Assembly (NCBI RefSeq): GCF_013149785.1 | Contig: NZ_JABEZU010000001.1 | Coordinates: forward strand, 806,001 to 870,000 | Length of the DNA stretch: 64,000 nucleotides | Direction: 5' to 3' | Source of the DNA: Isoptericola halotolerans | GTDB lineage: Bacteria > Actinomycetota > Actinomycetes > Actinomycetales > Cellulomonadaceae | Shown here: piece by piece, positions 8,611 through 17,674 of the stretch | Position numbering within the stretch: position 1 is the stretch's first letter | Layout: each line of letters begins with the position of its first letter | Notes under the pieces: generated by a model | Seen by the model: only the letters and a program-made list of their open reading frames with translations | Databases searched by the model: none | What the model was told of the DNA's origin: nothing | Translations under genes and position numbers: made by a program

Positions 8611-9848
8611 GACGGGACCACCGGCAGCCGGACCTGGAGCCGGGTTCCCCGGGTGGGTGCCGGACCGATCTCGAGCGCACCCCCGGCCGCTGCGGCGCGC
8701 TCGCGCATACCCGTCAGCCCGAAGCCCTCGGAGAACTGCGGGGGCAGCCCCCGGCCGTCGTCCGACACCTCGAGCTCGACGCCACCGTGGGGGTGGGTGA
8801 GCCGGACCGTGACGGCGGACGCCCCGGCATGCCGACGGACGTTCGTGAGCGCCTCCTGCGCCGCGCGCAGCAGGACGACGTCGGTCGTCGGGTCGACCGC
8901 ACCGCCGTCGTCGGACGTGACGACCGGGCTCCCGACGTCGATCCGCACCGCGGTGCCCGTCTCGGCGGTGAACCGGTCCGCGAGGCGTCGCAGGGCCTCC
9001 GGCAGGGTCGAGCCCTGCAGCGGCACCGGCGCGAACGCCGCGACCAGTCCGCGTGCCTCGGCCAGGTTCTCCCTGCCGGTCGCCTCGATGAGGCCGAGCC
9101 GTTCGCGGGCGGTCGTCTCCTCGCCCCGGTCGAGCGCCGCCGAGGCGGCCTGCGCCTGCATCACGACACTCGTGAACCCCTGGGCGAGGGTGTCGTGGAT
9201 CTCGCGGGCCATGCGCTCGCGCTCGGCGGCGACCCCTGCCGAGTGGTGCGTCTGTGCGAGCTGGGCCTGCGTGGCCCGGAGCTCGCGCAACAGCTGGGCC
9301 CGCTCGTCGGAGCGTCGCATCCAGGTCGCGGTCCAGAGCCCGAGCGTCAGCGCGAAGGCGAGGGCGACGGCCATCTGCGGTGCCGCCGCGAGCAGCCCCT
9401 GCGAGGAGAACCCCGCCTCGTAGGCGAGCCCGAACGTCGTGGCCACGGCCAGCGCCACGGACGCGAGGACGGCCCGGCGGGGAGGCTCGAGCAGCATCCA
9501 GAGCTGGGTGAACGCGCCGAACAGCAGGAAGGTCGCCAGGCCGCCCTGGGACACGGCGACAGCGGTCGCGACGACGAGCACCGGCACGTAGGTCAGGGCG
9601 CGGCGCTGGTCCCGCGACCGTGCCGCCGGGGCGCCCCAGGCCGTGTAGGCGGCGAGGATGGTCGCCATCGCCCCGTAGGCGACCCACAGCTCCCGGCCCG
9701 ACTGACCGCTCAGGGGCAGGGCGACTGCGGTGAGCAGGACGATCGCGACGAAGGCGACGTCCCACCAGATCACCTGCCGGTCCCAGTCGTCGGTGTCGTC
9801 CGGCGGGTCGGCGACGAGGTCGGGAGCCTCCTGGTCAGCCGTCGTCAC
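8607..9848 (-). CDS. HisKA_3 (DesK/NarX-type) sensor histidine kinase
   Basis: Multiple TMs, ERERMAREIHDTLAQG, QEALTNVRRHA, DDGRG, GFGLTGMRER. Confidence 0.93.
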   Translation of the reverse strand: MTTADQEAPDLVADPPDDTDDWDRQVIWWDVAFVAIVLLTAVALPLSGQSGRELWVAYGAMATILAAYTAWGAPAARSRDQRRALTYVPVLVVATAVAVSQGGLATFLLFGAFTQLWMLLEPPRRAVLASVALAVATTFGLAYEAGFSSQGLLAAAPQMAVALAFALTLGLWTATWMRRSDERAQLLRELRATQAQLAQTHHSAGVAAERERMAREIHDTLAQGFTSVVMQAQAASAALDRGEETTARERLGLIEATGRENLAEARGLVAAFAPVPLQGSTLPEALRRLADRFTAETGTAVRIDVGSPVVTSDDGGAVDPTTDVVLLRAAQEALTNVRRHAGASAVTVRLTHPHGGVELEVSDDGRGLPPQFSEGFGLTGMRERAAAAGGALEIGPAPTRGTRLQVRLPVVPS

Positions 9849-10692
9849 GGCGCCGCCACCGGAACGTGCGGACCCCGACCACGAGCGAGACGACCAGCCA
9901 TGCGGCCAGTACAGCAGCCGTCGCACCGTGCTGCCAGGTGCCGGCCACCTCGAGCGCCTGGGCGTCGTCGGGCAGGAAGACCGATCGCATGCCCTGCGCC
10001 ATCCACTTCAGCGGGAAGACCGAGGCCACCGTCTGCATCCAGGACGGCAGGGCGAAGAACGCGAAGAAGACCCCGGAGACGAACTGCAGCACCAGGACGA
10101 CCGGGGTGACGACGGCGGTCGCGGACCTCCCGGACCGCGGCAGCGTGGAGAACGCCACCCCGCAGACCGTGCCCGTGGCGGTGCCGAGCACGAACACCCA
10201 GGCGAACGTCGCCCACGACGAGACGTCGGCCGGCATCGGCACGTCGTAGACCGTCGCGGCGAGCACGAGCAGCAGCGACGTCTGCACCACCGTGGTGAGC
10301 AGGACGAGCCCGATCTTGCCGTAGAAGTAGCTGAGCGCCGGCAGGGGCGTCGCGCGCAGGCGTTTGAGGGTGCCGTCGTCGCGCTCGACCGCGATGGAGA
10401 TCGCCAGCGACTGGAAGCTCGTCAGCATGACGCCGGTCGCGACCATCCCCGGCAGGAAGTACTGCGCGAACGGCACGCCGTAGCCGTCTGCGCCCTGGTC
10501 CTGGCCGCTGAAGACCGTCGCGAAGATCGCCATCATGATGAGCGGGTAGGAGAAGATGAAGATCACCGCGTCGCGCTCGCGGAAGAACGCGCGCAGCTCG
10601 ATGCCCGTCCGGTCGGCCCCGAGCCGTGCGGCGGACGGCAGGCGGGGGTGGGCCGCGGTCGCCGCCCGGTTCGTAGGTGCGGTGGCGCTCAT
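9835..10692 (-). CDS. ABC-2 type exporter permease
   Basis: ERDDGTLKRLRATP motif, about six hydrophobic segments. Confidence 0.9.
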   Translation of the reverse strand: MSATAPTNRAATAAHPRLPSAARLGADRTGIELRAFFRERDAVIFIFSYPLIMMAIFATVFSGQDQGADGYGVPFAQYFLPGMVATGVMLTSFQSLAISIAVERDDGTLKRLRATPLPALSYFYGKIGLVLLTTVVQTSLLLVLAATVYDVPMPADVSSWATFAWVFVLGTATGTVCGVAFSTLPRSGRSATAVVTPVVLVLQFVSGVFFAFFALPSWMQTVASVFPLKWMAQGMRSVFLPDDAQALEVAGTWQHGATAAVLAAWLVVSLVVGVRTFRWRRRDDG

Positions 10693-11576
10693 CGCGCGAC
10701 CTCCTCGGTGGTTGCTCCGACGAGCTCGAGGTACACGTCCTCGAGGCTCGGTCGTACGACCTGCAGCCCGGGTACCTCGCCGTCGGGTGCGGTGCTCGCA
10801 GCCAGCTCGTGGACCAGTCGCGTGGGACGGTCGGTGCGCTCGCTCCGGGTGCTGCCGTCGGCCCCGGTCCAGCGCACGACGGGGCGCCGGGCCTGCGGCC
10901 CGCCGAGCGCGTCGGGGGTGTCGAGGGCGACCAGGCGGCCGTCGCGCACGACCGCGACGCGGTCGGCGAGGTGTGCGGCCTCGTCGAGGTAGTGGGTGGT
11001 CAGCAGGATCGTCGTGCCACCGTCGCGCAGCGAGCGGACGAGCTCCCAGAACGAGCGACGGGCCTGGGGGTCGAAGCCGGTGGTCGGCTCGTCGAGGAAG
11101 AGCAGCTCGGGGCGGCCCACGATCCCGAGGGCGACGTCCAGCCGGCGACGCTGGCCGCCCGAGAGCTGGCGGGCGCGCGTGGACCCCTTCTCCCGCAGCC
11201 CGACGGCGTCGATCACCTCCTCGGGGTCCTGCCCGGCCGGGTAGAACCCGGCGAAGTGGTGCACGAGCTCGCGGACGGTCAGCTCGACCTGGTCGCGAGA
11301 GTCCTGCAGGACGACCCCGAGGCGGCTGCGCCAGGCGCGCCCGCCGGACGCCGGGTCCTGGCCGAGCACGGTGACCTCGCCCGCGTCCCGGCTGCGAAAA
11401 CCCTCGAGGATCTCGACGGTGGTCGTCTTCCCCGCTCCGTTGGGGCCGAGGACGGCGAAGATCTCGCCCTGCTCGACACGAAGGTCGAGGCCGTCGACCG
11501 CCTGCTTGGTGCCGTAGCGCTTGCGCAGGCCGAGACCCTCGATGACGGGCGCGCCCTGGCGTCGTGGTGTGTCCAT
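10689..11576 (-). CDS. ABC exporter ATP-binding protein
   Basis: GPNGAGKT Walker A, LSGGQ, FLDEPT, TTH. Confidence 0.95.
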   Translation of the reverse strand: MDTPRRQGAPVIEGLGLRKRYGTKQAVDGLDLRVEQGEIFAVLGPNGAGKTTTVEILEGFRSRDAGEVTVLGQDPASGGRAWRSRLGVVLQDSRDQVELTVRELVHHFAGFYPAGQDPEEVIDAVGLREKGSTRARQLSGGQRRRLDVALGIVGRPELLFLDEPTTGFDPQARRSFWELVRSLRDGGTTILLTTHYLDEAAHLADRVAVVRDGRLVALDTPDALGGPQARRPVVRWTGADGSTRSERTDRPTRLVHELAASTAPDGEVPGLQVVRPSLEDVYLELVGATTEEVAR

Positions 11577-11610
11577 GGACCCACCCTGCTGCGGGCGTGG
11601 GTCCCGGCGG

Positions 11611-11653
11611 GACGACCGTCCGGTGGCACCTCGCGTCCACCGACCGGTGGACG
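11611..11653. promoter_or_regulatory. Palindromic operator pair upstream of ABC-TCS operon
   Basis: CGTCCACCG-AC-CGGTGGACG (11634-11653) plus weaker ACCG-TC-CGGT copy (11615-11624). Confidence 0.5.
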
Positions 11654-11759
11654 TGGTTCGACCCACGGCGCCGCTTCGCGTACAGTTGTCCCTCGGTGGT
11701 TGACGGCCGCCATGCTGGACCGCGCCCTCGGGCGTGAGCCTGGTCGCCGTCGGGCACGA

Positions 11760-11835
11760 AGGGTAGTGGCGCAATTGGTAGCGCAGCGGTCTCCAAAACC
11801 GCAGGTTGCAGGTTCGAGTCCTGTCTACCCTGCCA
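11760..11835 (+). tRNA. trnW: tRNA-Trp (CCA)
   Basis: Acceptor stem AGGGTAG/CTACCCT, anticodon loop CTCCAAA, GGTTCGAGTCC T-arm, encoded CCA; usual position before secE. Confidence 0.97.
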
Positions 11836-11970
11836 GCGTGATCCCCCGCGGGGCCGCGCGCAGCGGGGCCATGCGACACGTGTGACCCGGAACGCCAGGA
11901 GTCTGTGCCGTGGGTGCGTCGCCGGCAGGCGGCGTGGCTGCGGTGTGATCGCGAAACGGGGTAGGTCGAA

Positions 11971-12225
11971 GTGAGCGAGTCGCCGGCTGAGGCCGCTGGG
12001 ACGCACGACGCCGGAGCAGGCAAGGAGCGTCGCAATGTCTTTGCCCGCATCGCGCTGTTCGTCCGTCAGGTGGTGGGCGAGCTCCGCAAGGTGGTCACCC
12101 CGACCCGGTCGGAGCTGATCAACTACACGATCGTCGTGATCGTGTTCGTCACGGTGGCGATGCTGTTCGTCACCGCGCTCGACCTCGTCGTCGGCCAGGG
12201 TGCCGGCTGGCTCTTCGGGAACTGA
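11971..12225 (+). CDS. secE: Preprotein translocase subunit SecE
   Basis: [10 protein letters not shown] motif followed by TM helix. Confidence 0.95.
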   Translation: MSESPAEAAGTHDAGAGKERRNVFARIALFVRQVVGELRKVVTPTRSELINYTIVVIVFVTVAMLFVTALDLVVGQGAGWLFGN

Positions 12226-12290
12226 TCCCGACCAGCTGCCGGCCCGCCCGGGTCGCAACCCACATCCGAAGTCAGAAAGCAGGTTGGTTC

Positions 12291-13097
12291 GTGTCCCAGG
12301 ATCCTCTGGAGCAGGCCGAGAACGTCGACCCCACGCAGCCCGACGCCCCCGGCGTCGAGGCTGACCTCGACGTGCCCGGGACCGAGGAGGACGCCGAGGC
12401 CGCGGCCGACGACGTCACCGACGCAGAGTCGGACGAGGACGCCGAGACCGCTGCTGACGACGTCACCGCGGAGATCGAGGACCCCGCCGAGGAGCTGAAG
12501 CGCACGCTGCGCGGACAGTTCGGCGACTGGTACGTCATCCACTCCTACGCCGGGTACGAGAACCGCGTGAAGGCCAACCTGGAGAACCGCATCCAGAGCC
12601 TGAACATGGAGGACTACATCTTCCAGGTCGAGGTCCCCATGGAGGAGGTGACCGAGATCAAGAACGCGCAGAAGAAGACCGTGCGCCGTGTCCGCATCCC
12701 CGGTTACGTCCTCGTGCGCATGGACCTCACCGACGAGTCGTGGGGCGCCGTGCGGCACACCCCGGGCGTCACGGGCTTCGTCGGCCACACCCACCAGCCC
12801 GTCCCGCTGTCGCTGGACGAGGTCTTCGGGATGCTGGCTCCGACCATGCTCGAGGAAGCGCCCGCCAAGCAGGCGACCGCCGGCGCCACCGGCGCGCAGG
12901 GCGCGTCCGCGCGTCCTTCCATCGAGGTCGACTTCGAGGTCGGCGAGTCGGTCACCGTCACGGACGGACCCTTCGACACGCTGCCCGCCACGATCTCCGA
13001 GATCAACGCCGAGGCCCAGAAGCTCAAGGTCCTCGTCACCATCTTCGGCCGGGAGACCCCGGTCGAGCTGTCGTTCAACCAGGTCGCCAAGATCTGA
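12291..13097 (+). CDS. nusG: Transcription termination/antitermination factor NusG
   Basis: [23 protein letters not shown] domain, [10 protein letters not shown]; acidic N-terminal extension. Confidence 0.97.
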   Translation: MSQDPLEQAENVDPTQPDAPGVEADLDVPGTEEDAEAAADDVTDAESDEDAETAADDVTAEIEDPAEELKRTLRGQFGDWYVIHSYAGYENRVKANLENRIQSLNMEDYIFQVEVPMEEVTEIKNAQKKTVRRVRIPGYVLVRMDLTDESWGAVRHTPGVTGFVGHTHQPVPLSLDEVFGMLAPTMLEEAPAKQATAGATGAQGASARPSIEVDFEVGESVTVTDGPFDTLPATISEINAEAQKLKVLVTIFGRETPVELSFNQVAKI

Positions 13098-13190
13098 CCG
13101 GGGTGCCGGGTCCCCGGCGCCTCGTGAACGGCTTCATGCAACCGGGTCATCGCCCACGGCGTCGGCCCTGACACAGGAAGGGGATGCACC

Positions 13191-13622
13191 ATGCCTCCCA
13201 AGAAGAAGGTCTCCGGCCTCATCAAGCTCCAGATCCAGGCCGGGGCCGCGAACCCCGCCCCGCCGATCGGCCCCGCGCTGGGTCAGCACGGCGTGAACAT
13301 CATGGAGTTCTGCAAGGCCTACAACGCGGCCACCGAGTCGCAGCGCGGCAACGTGGTCCCGGTGGAGATCACGGTCTACGAGGACCGCTCCTTCACCTTC
13401 ATCACGAAGACCCCGCCGGCCGCGGAGCTCATCAAGAAGGCCGCCGGTGTCGCCAAGGGTTCGGCGACGCCGCACACGACCAAGGTCGCCCAGCTCACCC
13501 AGGACCAGGTCCGGGAGATCGCGGAGACCAAGATGCCGGACATCAACGCGAACGACATCGAGGCCGCGAAGAAGATCATCGCCGGCACCGCTCGTTCCAT
13601 GGGCATCACCGTCGCGGAGTGA
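13191..13622 (+). CDS. rplK: 50S ribosomal protein L11
   Basis: [23 protein letters not shown]. Confidence 0.98.
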   Translation: MPPKKKVSGLIKLQIQAGAANPAPPIGPALGQHGVNIMEFCKAYNAATESQRGNVVPVEITVYEDRSFTFITKTPPAAELIKKAAGVAKGSATPHTTKVAQLTQDQVREIAETKMPDINANDIEAAKKIIAGTARSMGITVAE

Positions 13623-13743
13623 CGGAGCGCAGGCGGAGGTAGGACGAGCACAGCGAGTCCTGCCGAAGCCGAGCGCGGTCGCTGCGCGACAGCAGGAACC
13701 GTCGCGCAGCGACACCTCAAGACCCGGCGACAGCCGCCGGGCA

Positions 13744-13776
13744 CGTGGGAGGGTCTGCGCAGACCCGTCGACCACG
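13744..13776 (+). promoter_or_regulatory. Putative L1-binding mRNA hairpin before rplA
   Basis: CGTGG-GA-GGGTCTGC/GCAGACCC-GTCGA-CCACG two-helix structure with asymmetric internal loop directly before the rplA RBS. Confidence 0.5.
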
Positions 13777-13795
13777 ACTGCAGAAGGAGAAGCAG

Positions 13796-14503
13796 ATGGC
13801 ACAGCGCAGCAAGGCGTACCGCGCCGCCGCGGCGAAGATCGACCGCGACAACCAGTACACGCCCCTCGAGGCCGTGAAGATCGCCAAGGAGACCGCCTCC
13901 ACGAAGTCGGACGCGACCCTCGAGGTCGTCTTCCGTCTCGGCGTGGACCCGCGCAAGGCGGACCAGCTGGTCCGTGGCACGGTCAACCTGCCCCACGGCA
14001 CGGGCAAGACGGCCCGCGTGATCGTCTTCGCCAACGGTCCGAAGGCGGAGGAGGCCATCGCGGCCGGTGCCGACGAGGTCGGCGGTGACGAGCTCATCGC
14101 GAAGGTCGCCGGTGGCTACACCGACTTCGACGCGGCCGTGGCCACGCCGGACCTCATGGGCAAGGTCGGTCGTCTCGGCAAGGTCCTCGGTCCTCGTGGC
14201 CTCATGCCGAACCCGAAGACCGGCACCGTGACCATGGACGTCACCAAGGCCGTGTCCGACATCAAGGGCGGCAAGATCGAGTTCCGCGTCGACAAGCACT
14301 CGAACCTCCACTTCATCATCGGCAAGGCCTCGTTCTCCGAGGAGCAGCTGGTGGAGAACTACGGTGCCGCCCTCGACGAGGTCCTGCGGCTCAAGCCGTC
14401 GTCCTCGAAGGGCCGCTACATCACGAAGGCGACGCTCGCGACGACGTTCGGTCCGGGGATCCCCCTCGACCAGTCGCGCACCACGCGCCTGATGGAGAGC
14501 TGA
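13796..14503 (+). CDS. rplA: 50S ribosomal protein L1
   Basis: [32 protein letters not shown]. Confidence 0.98.
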   Translation: MAQRSKAYRAAAAKIDRDNQYTPLEAVKIAKETASTKSDATLEVVFRLGVDPRKADQLVRGTVNLPHGTGKTARVIVFANGPKAEEAIAAGADEVGGDELIAKVAGGYTDFDAAVATPDLMGKVGRLGKVLGPRGLMPNPKTGTVTMDVTKAVSDIKGGKIEFRVDKHSNLHFIIGKASFSEEQLVENYGAALDEVLRLKPSSSKGRYITKATLATTFGPGIPLDQSRTTRLMES

Positions 14504-14524
14504 GACAGCTTCCCGCACCACGAC

Positions 14525-14557
14525 GGCCCGGCACCCTCTCCGCGAGGGTGCCGGGCC
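14525..14557 (+). terminator. Intrinsic terminator-like hairpin after rplA
   Basis: ggcccggcaccctc / gagggtgccgggcc 14-bp stem. Confidence 0.75.
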
Positions 14558-14761
14558 CTCGTCGTCCCTGGAGCAGATCCGTACGCGGTGTATCAGCGAG
14601 CCGCGAGCGCCCTCCCTTCCTGGTGACAGCGCTGATCGTGCGGAGGGTGAAATCTCATGGGTGGACCCGGGGCGCGCCGCGGGGCGTACCACGGCGCCCT
14701 AGGCTCGTGGCAGACCTCCGAGGCGCCCCGCGCCTCGGAGCACGAGGCCGCGCGAGGAGAG

Positions 14762-15370
14762 ATGACGAGTCCCGCTGAGACGGAGAGCCTGGGTGACCGC
14801 GCTGCGGCCGCCCTCGTCGGCTACCGCGAGGGCCACGCCGAGCTGATGAGCGAGTTCGTCCGCGAGGCGACGCCGATGCTGTGGCACACGGTGCGCGCCC
14901 AGGGTGTCCCGCGGGAGGTGGCCGACGACGTCGTGCAGCAGACCTGGGCCGCGCTCGTCGCGCACGTGGAGTCGATCACCGAGCCGCAGGCCACCCTCAA
15001 GTGGTTGCTGGTGACGGCCCGCCGTGCCGCGTGGGAGGCGGTGCGCAAGGGGCGTGCGGACGACCACCGGCGCACAGAGCTTCCGGACGACGACGCCGAC
15101 ACGGCTGCGACGCTGCCGGACACGGCGCCCGGCCCGGAGGCCGAGGTGCTGCGCGACGAGCGTGACCGGATGCTGTGGACCGCCCTGCAGCAGCTCCCGG
15201 GCCGTTGCCAGGAGCTGCTGCGTCTGGTGTCCCTCGCCGACCGTCCGGACTACCGCTCCATCTCCGCCGCGATCGGCATGCCGGTGGGGAGCATCGGCGC
15301 CACCCGGGGACGGTGCCTCGCCAAGCTGCGGGCCGTCCTCACCGAGCAGGGGGAGACCTCATGGACATGA
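14762..15370 (+). CDS. ECF-family sigma-70 factor
   Basis: Region 2 (ADDVVQQTW...WLLVTARR) and region 4 (LPGRCQELL...YRSISAAIGMPVGSIGATRGRCLAKLR); AGGAG RBS. Confidence 0.92.
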   Translation: MTSPAETESLGDRAAAALVGYREGHAELMSEFVREATPMLWHTVRAQGVPREVADDVVQQTWAALVAHVESITEPQATLKWLLVTARRAAWEAVRKGRADDHRRTELPDDDADTAATLPDTAPGPEAEVLRDERDRMLWTALQQLPGRCQELLRLVSLADRPDYRSISAAIGMPVGSIGATRGRCLAKLRAVLTEQGETSWT

Positions 15371-15861
15371 CCGACCTCGACGGCGTCGTGGGCGCCGACG
15401 ACCCGCTGGACGCCTCGGACGTCGCCCTGCTGGAGCGGGTGGCGGAGCTCAGCGGCCGGGTGGACCCCGTCCCGGAAGGGCTCGTGGAGCGGTCGCGCTT
15501 CGCCATGACGCTGGCGGGCCTGGAGTCGGAGGTGATGGAGCTCATGGTGCTCGAGGCGCCGGCCGGCACGGTGCGCAGCGATGCGCCACCCCTGGAGACC
15601 CGCACCATCACCTTCACGCACGAACGCCTCACGGTGATGATCGCCCTGTCACCCGGTGACGAGCCACGGACCGTGCGGGTCGACGGCTGGCTCGCCCCCG
15701 CAGAGACGTTGACGGTCGTGCTGCGCCGTCCGGACGGCGACCACCGCACCACCGCCGACGACGACGGCCGGTTCGTCCTGGAGAACGTCCCGCGCGGCCT
15801 GGCCAGCCTGCTCGTCGAGCAGGACGACCTCCCCATCACGACGCCCGTCATCGAGCTGTAG
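15361..15861 (+). CDS. Soluble protein with C-terminal carboxypeptidase-regulatory-like beta-sandwich; putative anti-sigma factor
   Basis: Overlaps sigma stop (alternative ATG 15367); no TM; TTADDDGRFVLENVPRG resembles CarboxypepD_reg/transthyretin-like folds. Confidence 0.65.
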   Translation: MDMTDLDGVVGADDPLDASDVALLERVAELSGRVDPVPEGLVERSRFAMTLAGLESEVMELMVLEAPAGTVRSDAPPLETRTITFTHERLTVMIALSPGDEPRTVRVDGWLAPAETLTVVLRRPDGDHRTTADDDGRFVLENVPRGLASLLVEQDDLPITTPVIEL

Positions 15862-15919
15862 ACCCGAGCACCCTGTCTGACCTGCGGGCGCGAGCGTGCC
15901 CGACACCGAGGAGGAGCAC

Positions 15920-17662
15920 GTGAGCGAGACGACCATCTCCGACGCCGCCGGAGGCCGCCGCCCCGTGCGTCACCTGGACCCGGACCGGGTCCGCCGCAGC
16001 CCGGGCGCCTCGCGGGTCGCGGAGACCACCTACGTCGCGGACCGGCTCATCGTCCGTGGGCCGCTGCCGGCGGGTCTGCGAGGGCAGGTCGCCGAGGCGG
16101 TTCCGGCGCTCGTCGCGGGGGGCGGCAGCGCACAGGCCGGCCTGGACCCGTGGCCCGAGGACGACGAGCCGCAGACGTGGATCGACGGGGTACGACGCAT
16201 CGCCACGGAGATGGGCTACCGGGTCGTCTACGACGGCACGCTGGGAGACCTCGCGGTCGACGACGTCGACGACGAGACGTTCGGGTACGCGCTGCGCCTG
16301 GTCCCGCTGCGCGACGACGACGTCGAGGTGGACGCCTGGCAGGTCCTCGAGCGGATCGCCGGGGAGCTCGGCGAGCTGGACGCTCGCGACGACGGCGACG
16401 AGGGGGAGGAGCGGACGCCGCGCGTGGGCCTCGATCATGTGATGCGGGCGCAGCGCCACCGGTCGACGCCGATGCCCTTCGTCCCCGTCGCTCGTGCTCG
16501 CAGCACCCCCTTGCCGTACAGCGCCGTCGACGAGTACGGGCGTCCCGGGACGGGCGGGCTGACGCCTGTGCGCTATCTCGGCGGTGCACCGCGTCGTGAG
16601 CTCGCCGACGGTCCGACGCCGTGGGCGGCCGCGGACGGCACACGGAGGCCGGTCGTGGCGATCGTCGACACCGGGGTCGGGTCGCACCCGTGGTTCGGCG
16701 AGTACGACCCGCACGATCCCCAGGACAGCCCGGTCGTCGTGCGGACCGCCTCCCTCGACGGTCGGCCGGTGGGGCTGTTCCCTGTGTCCCGGTTCGACTC
16801 CGAGGACGCTGAGTTCGGCGGCCTCAGCGTCGACCCGCTGACGGGCCCTCTGGACCCGGTGGCGGGGCACGGCACCTTCATGGCCGGAGTCGTCCACCAG
16901 GTCTGCCCGGACGCGGTGCTCATGGCCGTCCGCGCCTTCGGAGGTTCGGGCGACATCCCGGAGTGGCAGGTGCTCCACACCCTGTGGAGGTTGCTGCGCT
17001 ACCACCGGCGAGGACTGGCCGGCAGGGACGGCTACCACCAGGTCGACGTGGTGGTGCTGGCGATGGGTTACTACCACGAGCAGCCGGTGGACTACGGGTA
17101 CGACGGGCCTCTGCGGCGGGTGCTGCGCGAGCTGCGCCGTGCCGGTGTCGTCGTGGTCACCGCGGCAGGGAACGACGGGACCACGAGGCCCCTGTTCCCG
17201 GCCGCGTGGGCACCTCGCCTGGAGCACCGGGAGAACGGCCCGGCCCCGGTCGACGACCACCAGCTCTCATCGACGTACCCGCCCCTCCTGGTCGCCGGGG
17301 CCACCAACCCGGACGGCACGATCGCGGTCTTCAGCAACGACGGCCCGTGGGTCACCTGCGTCCGGCCGGGGGCCGCCGTCGTCTCCACGATGCCGACGAC
17401 GCTGGACGGGCCGGAGACCCCGGAAGCCCGAGTGGCCGAGCGGCTGAGACCCGGGGTCCGGGCAACGGTCGACCCGGACGACTTCACCGGGGGGTACGCC
17501 ACATGGAGCGGGACGTCGTTCTCGGCGCCGTACCTGGCTGCCCAGATCGCCGCGGCACGTCTGGGACGGGCCCGGGCCGACGGGGATCTCGCGGCGGCGA
17601 CGTGGGATGCTGTCGCGCAGGCGACGGGCCTCGGCCCTGTCGGGAGCAGCGCGTCCGGCTAG
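15920..17662 (+). CDS. S8 family (subtilisin-like) serine peptidase, no signal peptide
   Basis: Triad motifs IVDTGV, GHGTFMAG, SGTSFSAP; oxyanion AAGND; GAGGAG RBS before GTG 15920. Confidence 0.92.
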   Translation: MSETTISDAAGGRRPVRHLDPDRVRRSPGASRVAETTYVADRLIVRGPLPAGLRGQVAEAVPALVAGGGSAQAGLDPWPEDDEPQTWIDGVRRIATEMGYRVVYDGTLGDLAVDDVDDETFGYALRLVPLRDDDVEVDAWQVLERIAGELGELDARDDGDEGEERTPRVGLDHVMRAQRHRSTPMPFVPVARARSTPLPYSAVDEYGRPGTGGLTPVRYLGGAPRRELADGPTPWAAADGTRRPVVAIVDTGVGSHPWFGEYDPHDPQDSPVVVRTASLDGRPVGLFPVSRFDSEDAEFGGLSVDPLTGPLDPVAGHGTFMAGVVHQVCPDAVLMAVRAFGGSGDIPEWQVLHTLWRLLRYHRRGLAGRDGYHQVDVVVLAMGYYHEQPVDYGYDGPLRRVLRELRRAGVVVVTAAGNDGTTRPLFPAAWAPRLEHRENGPAPVDDHQLSSTYPPLLVAGATNPDGTIAVFSNDGPWVTCVRPGAAVVSTMPTTLDGPETPEARVAERLRPGVRATVDPDDFTGGYATWSGTSFSAPYLAAQIAAARLGRARADGDLAAATWDAVAQATGLGPVGSSASG

Positions 17663-17674
17663 GAGGAGGCAGGG

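Noticed and set aside
11760..11970. tRNA-Trp as an island integration site
   Set aside because: No duplicated tRNA 3' end or integrase; secE follows normally.
12291..12520. Acidic N-terminal extension of NusG as a novelty
   Set aside because: Common in actinobacterial NusG.
17660..17662. Selenocysteine or pyrrolysine recoding between S8 and CHAT
   Set aside because: The stop is TAG, not TGA; no pyl genes in the window, and pyrrolysine is not expected in this lineage.
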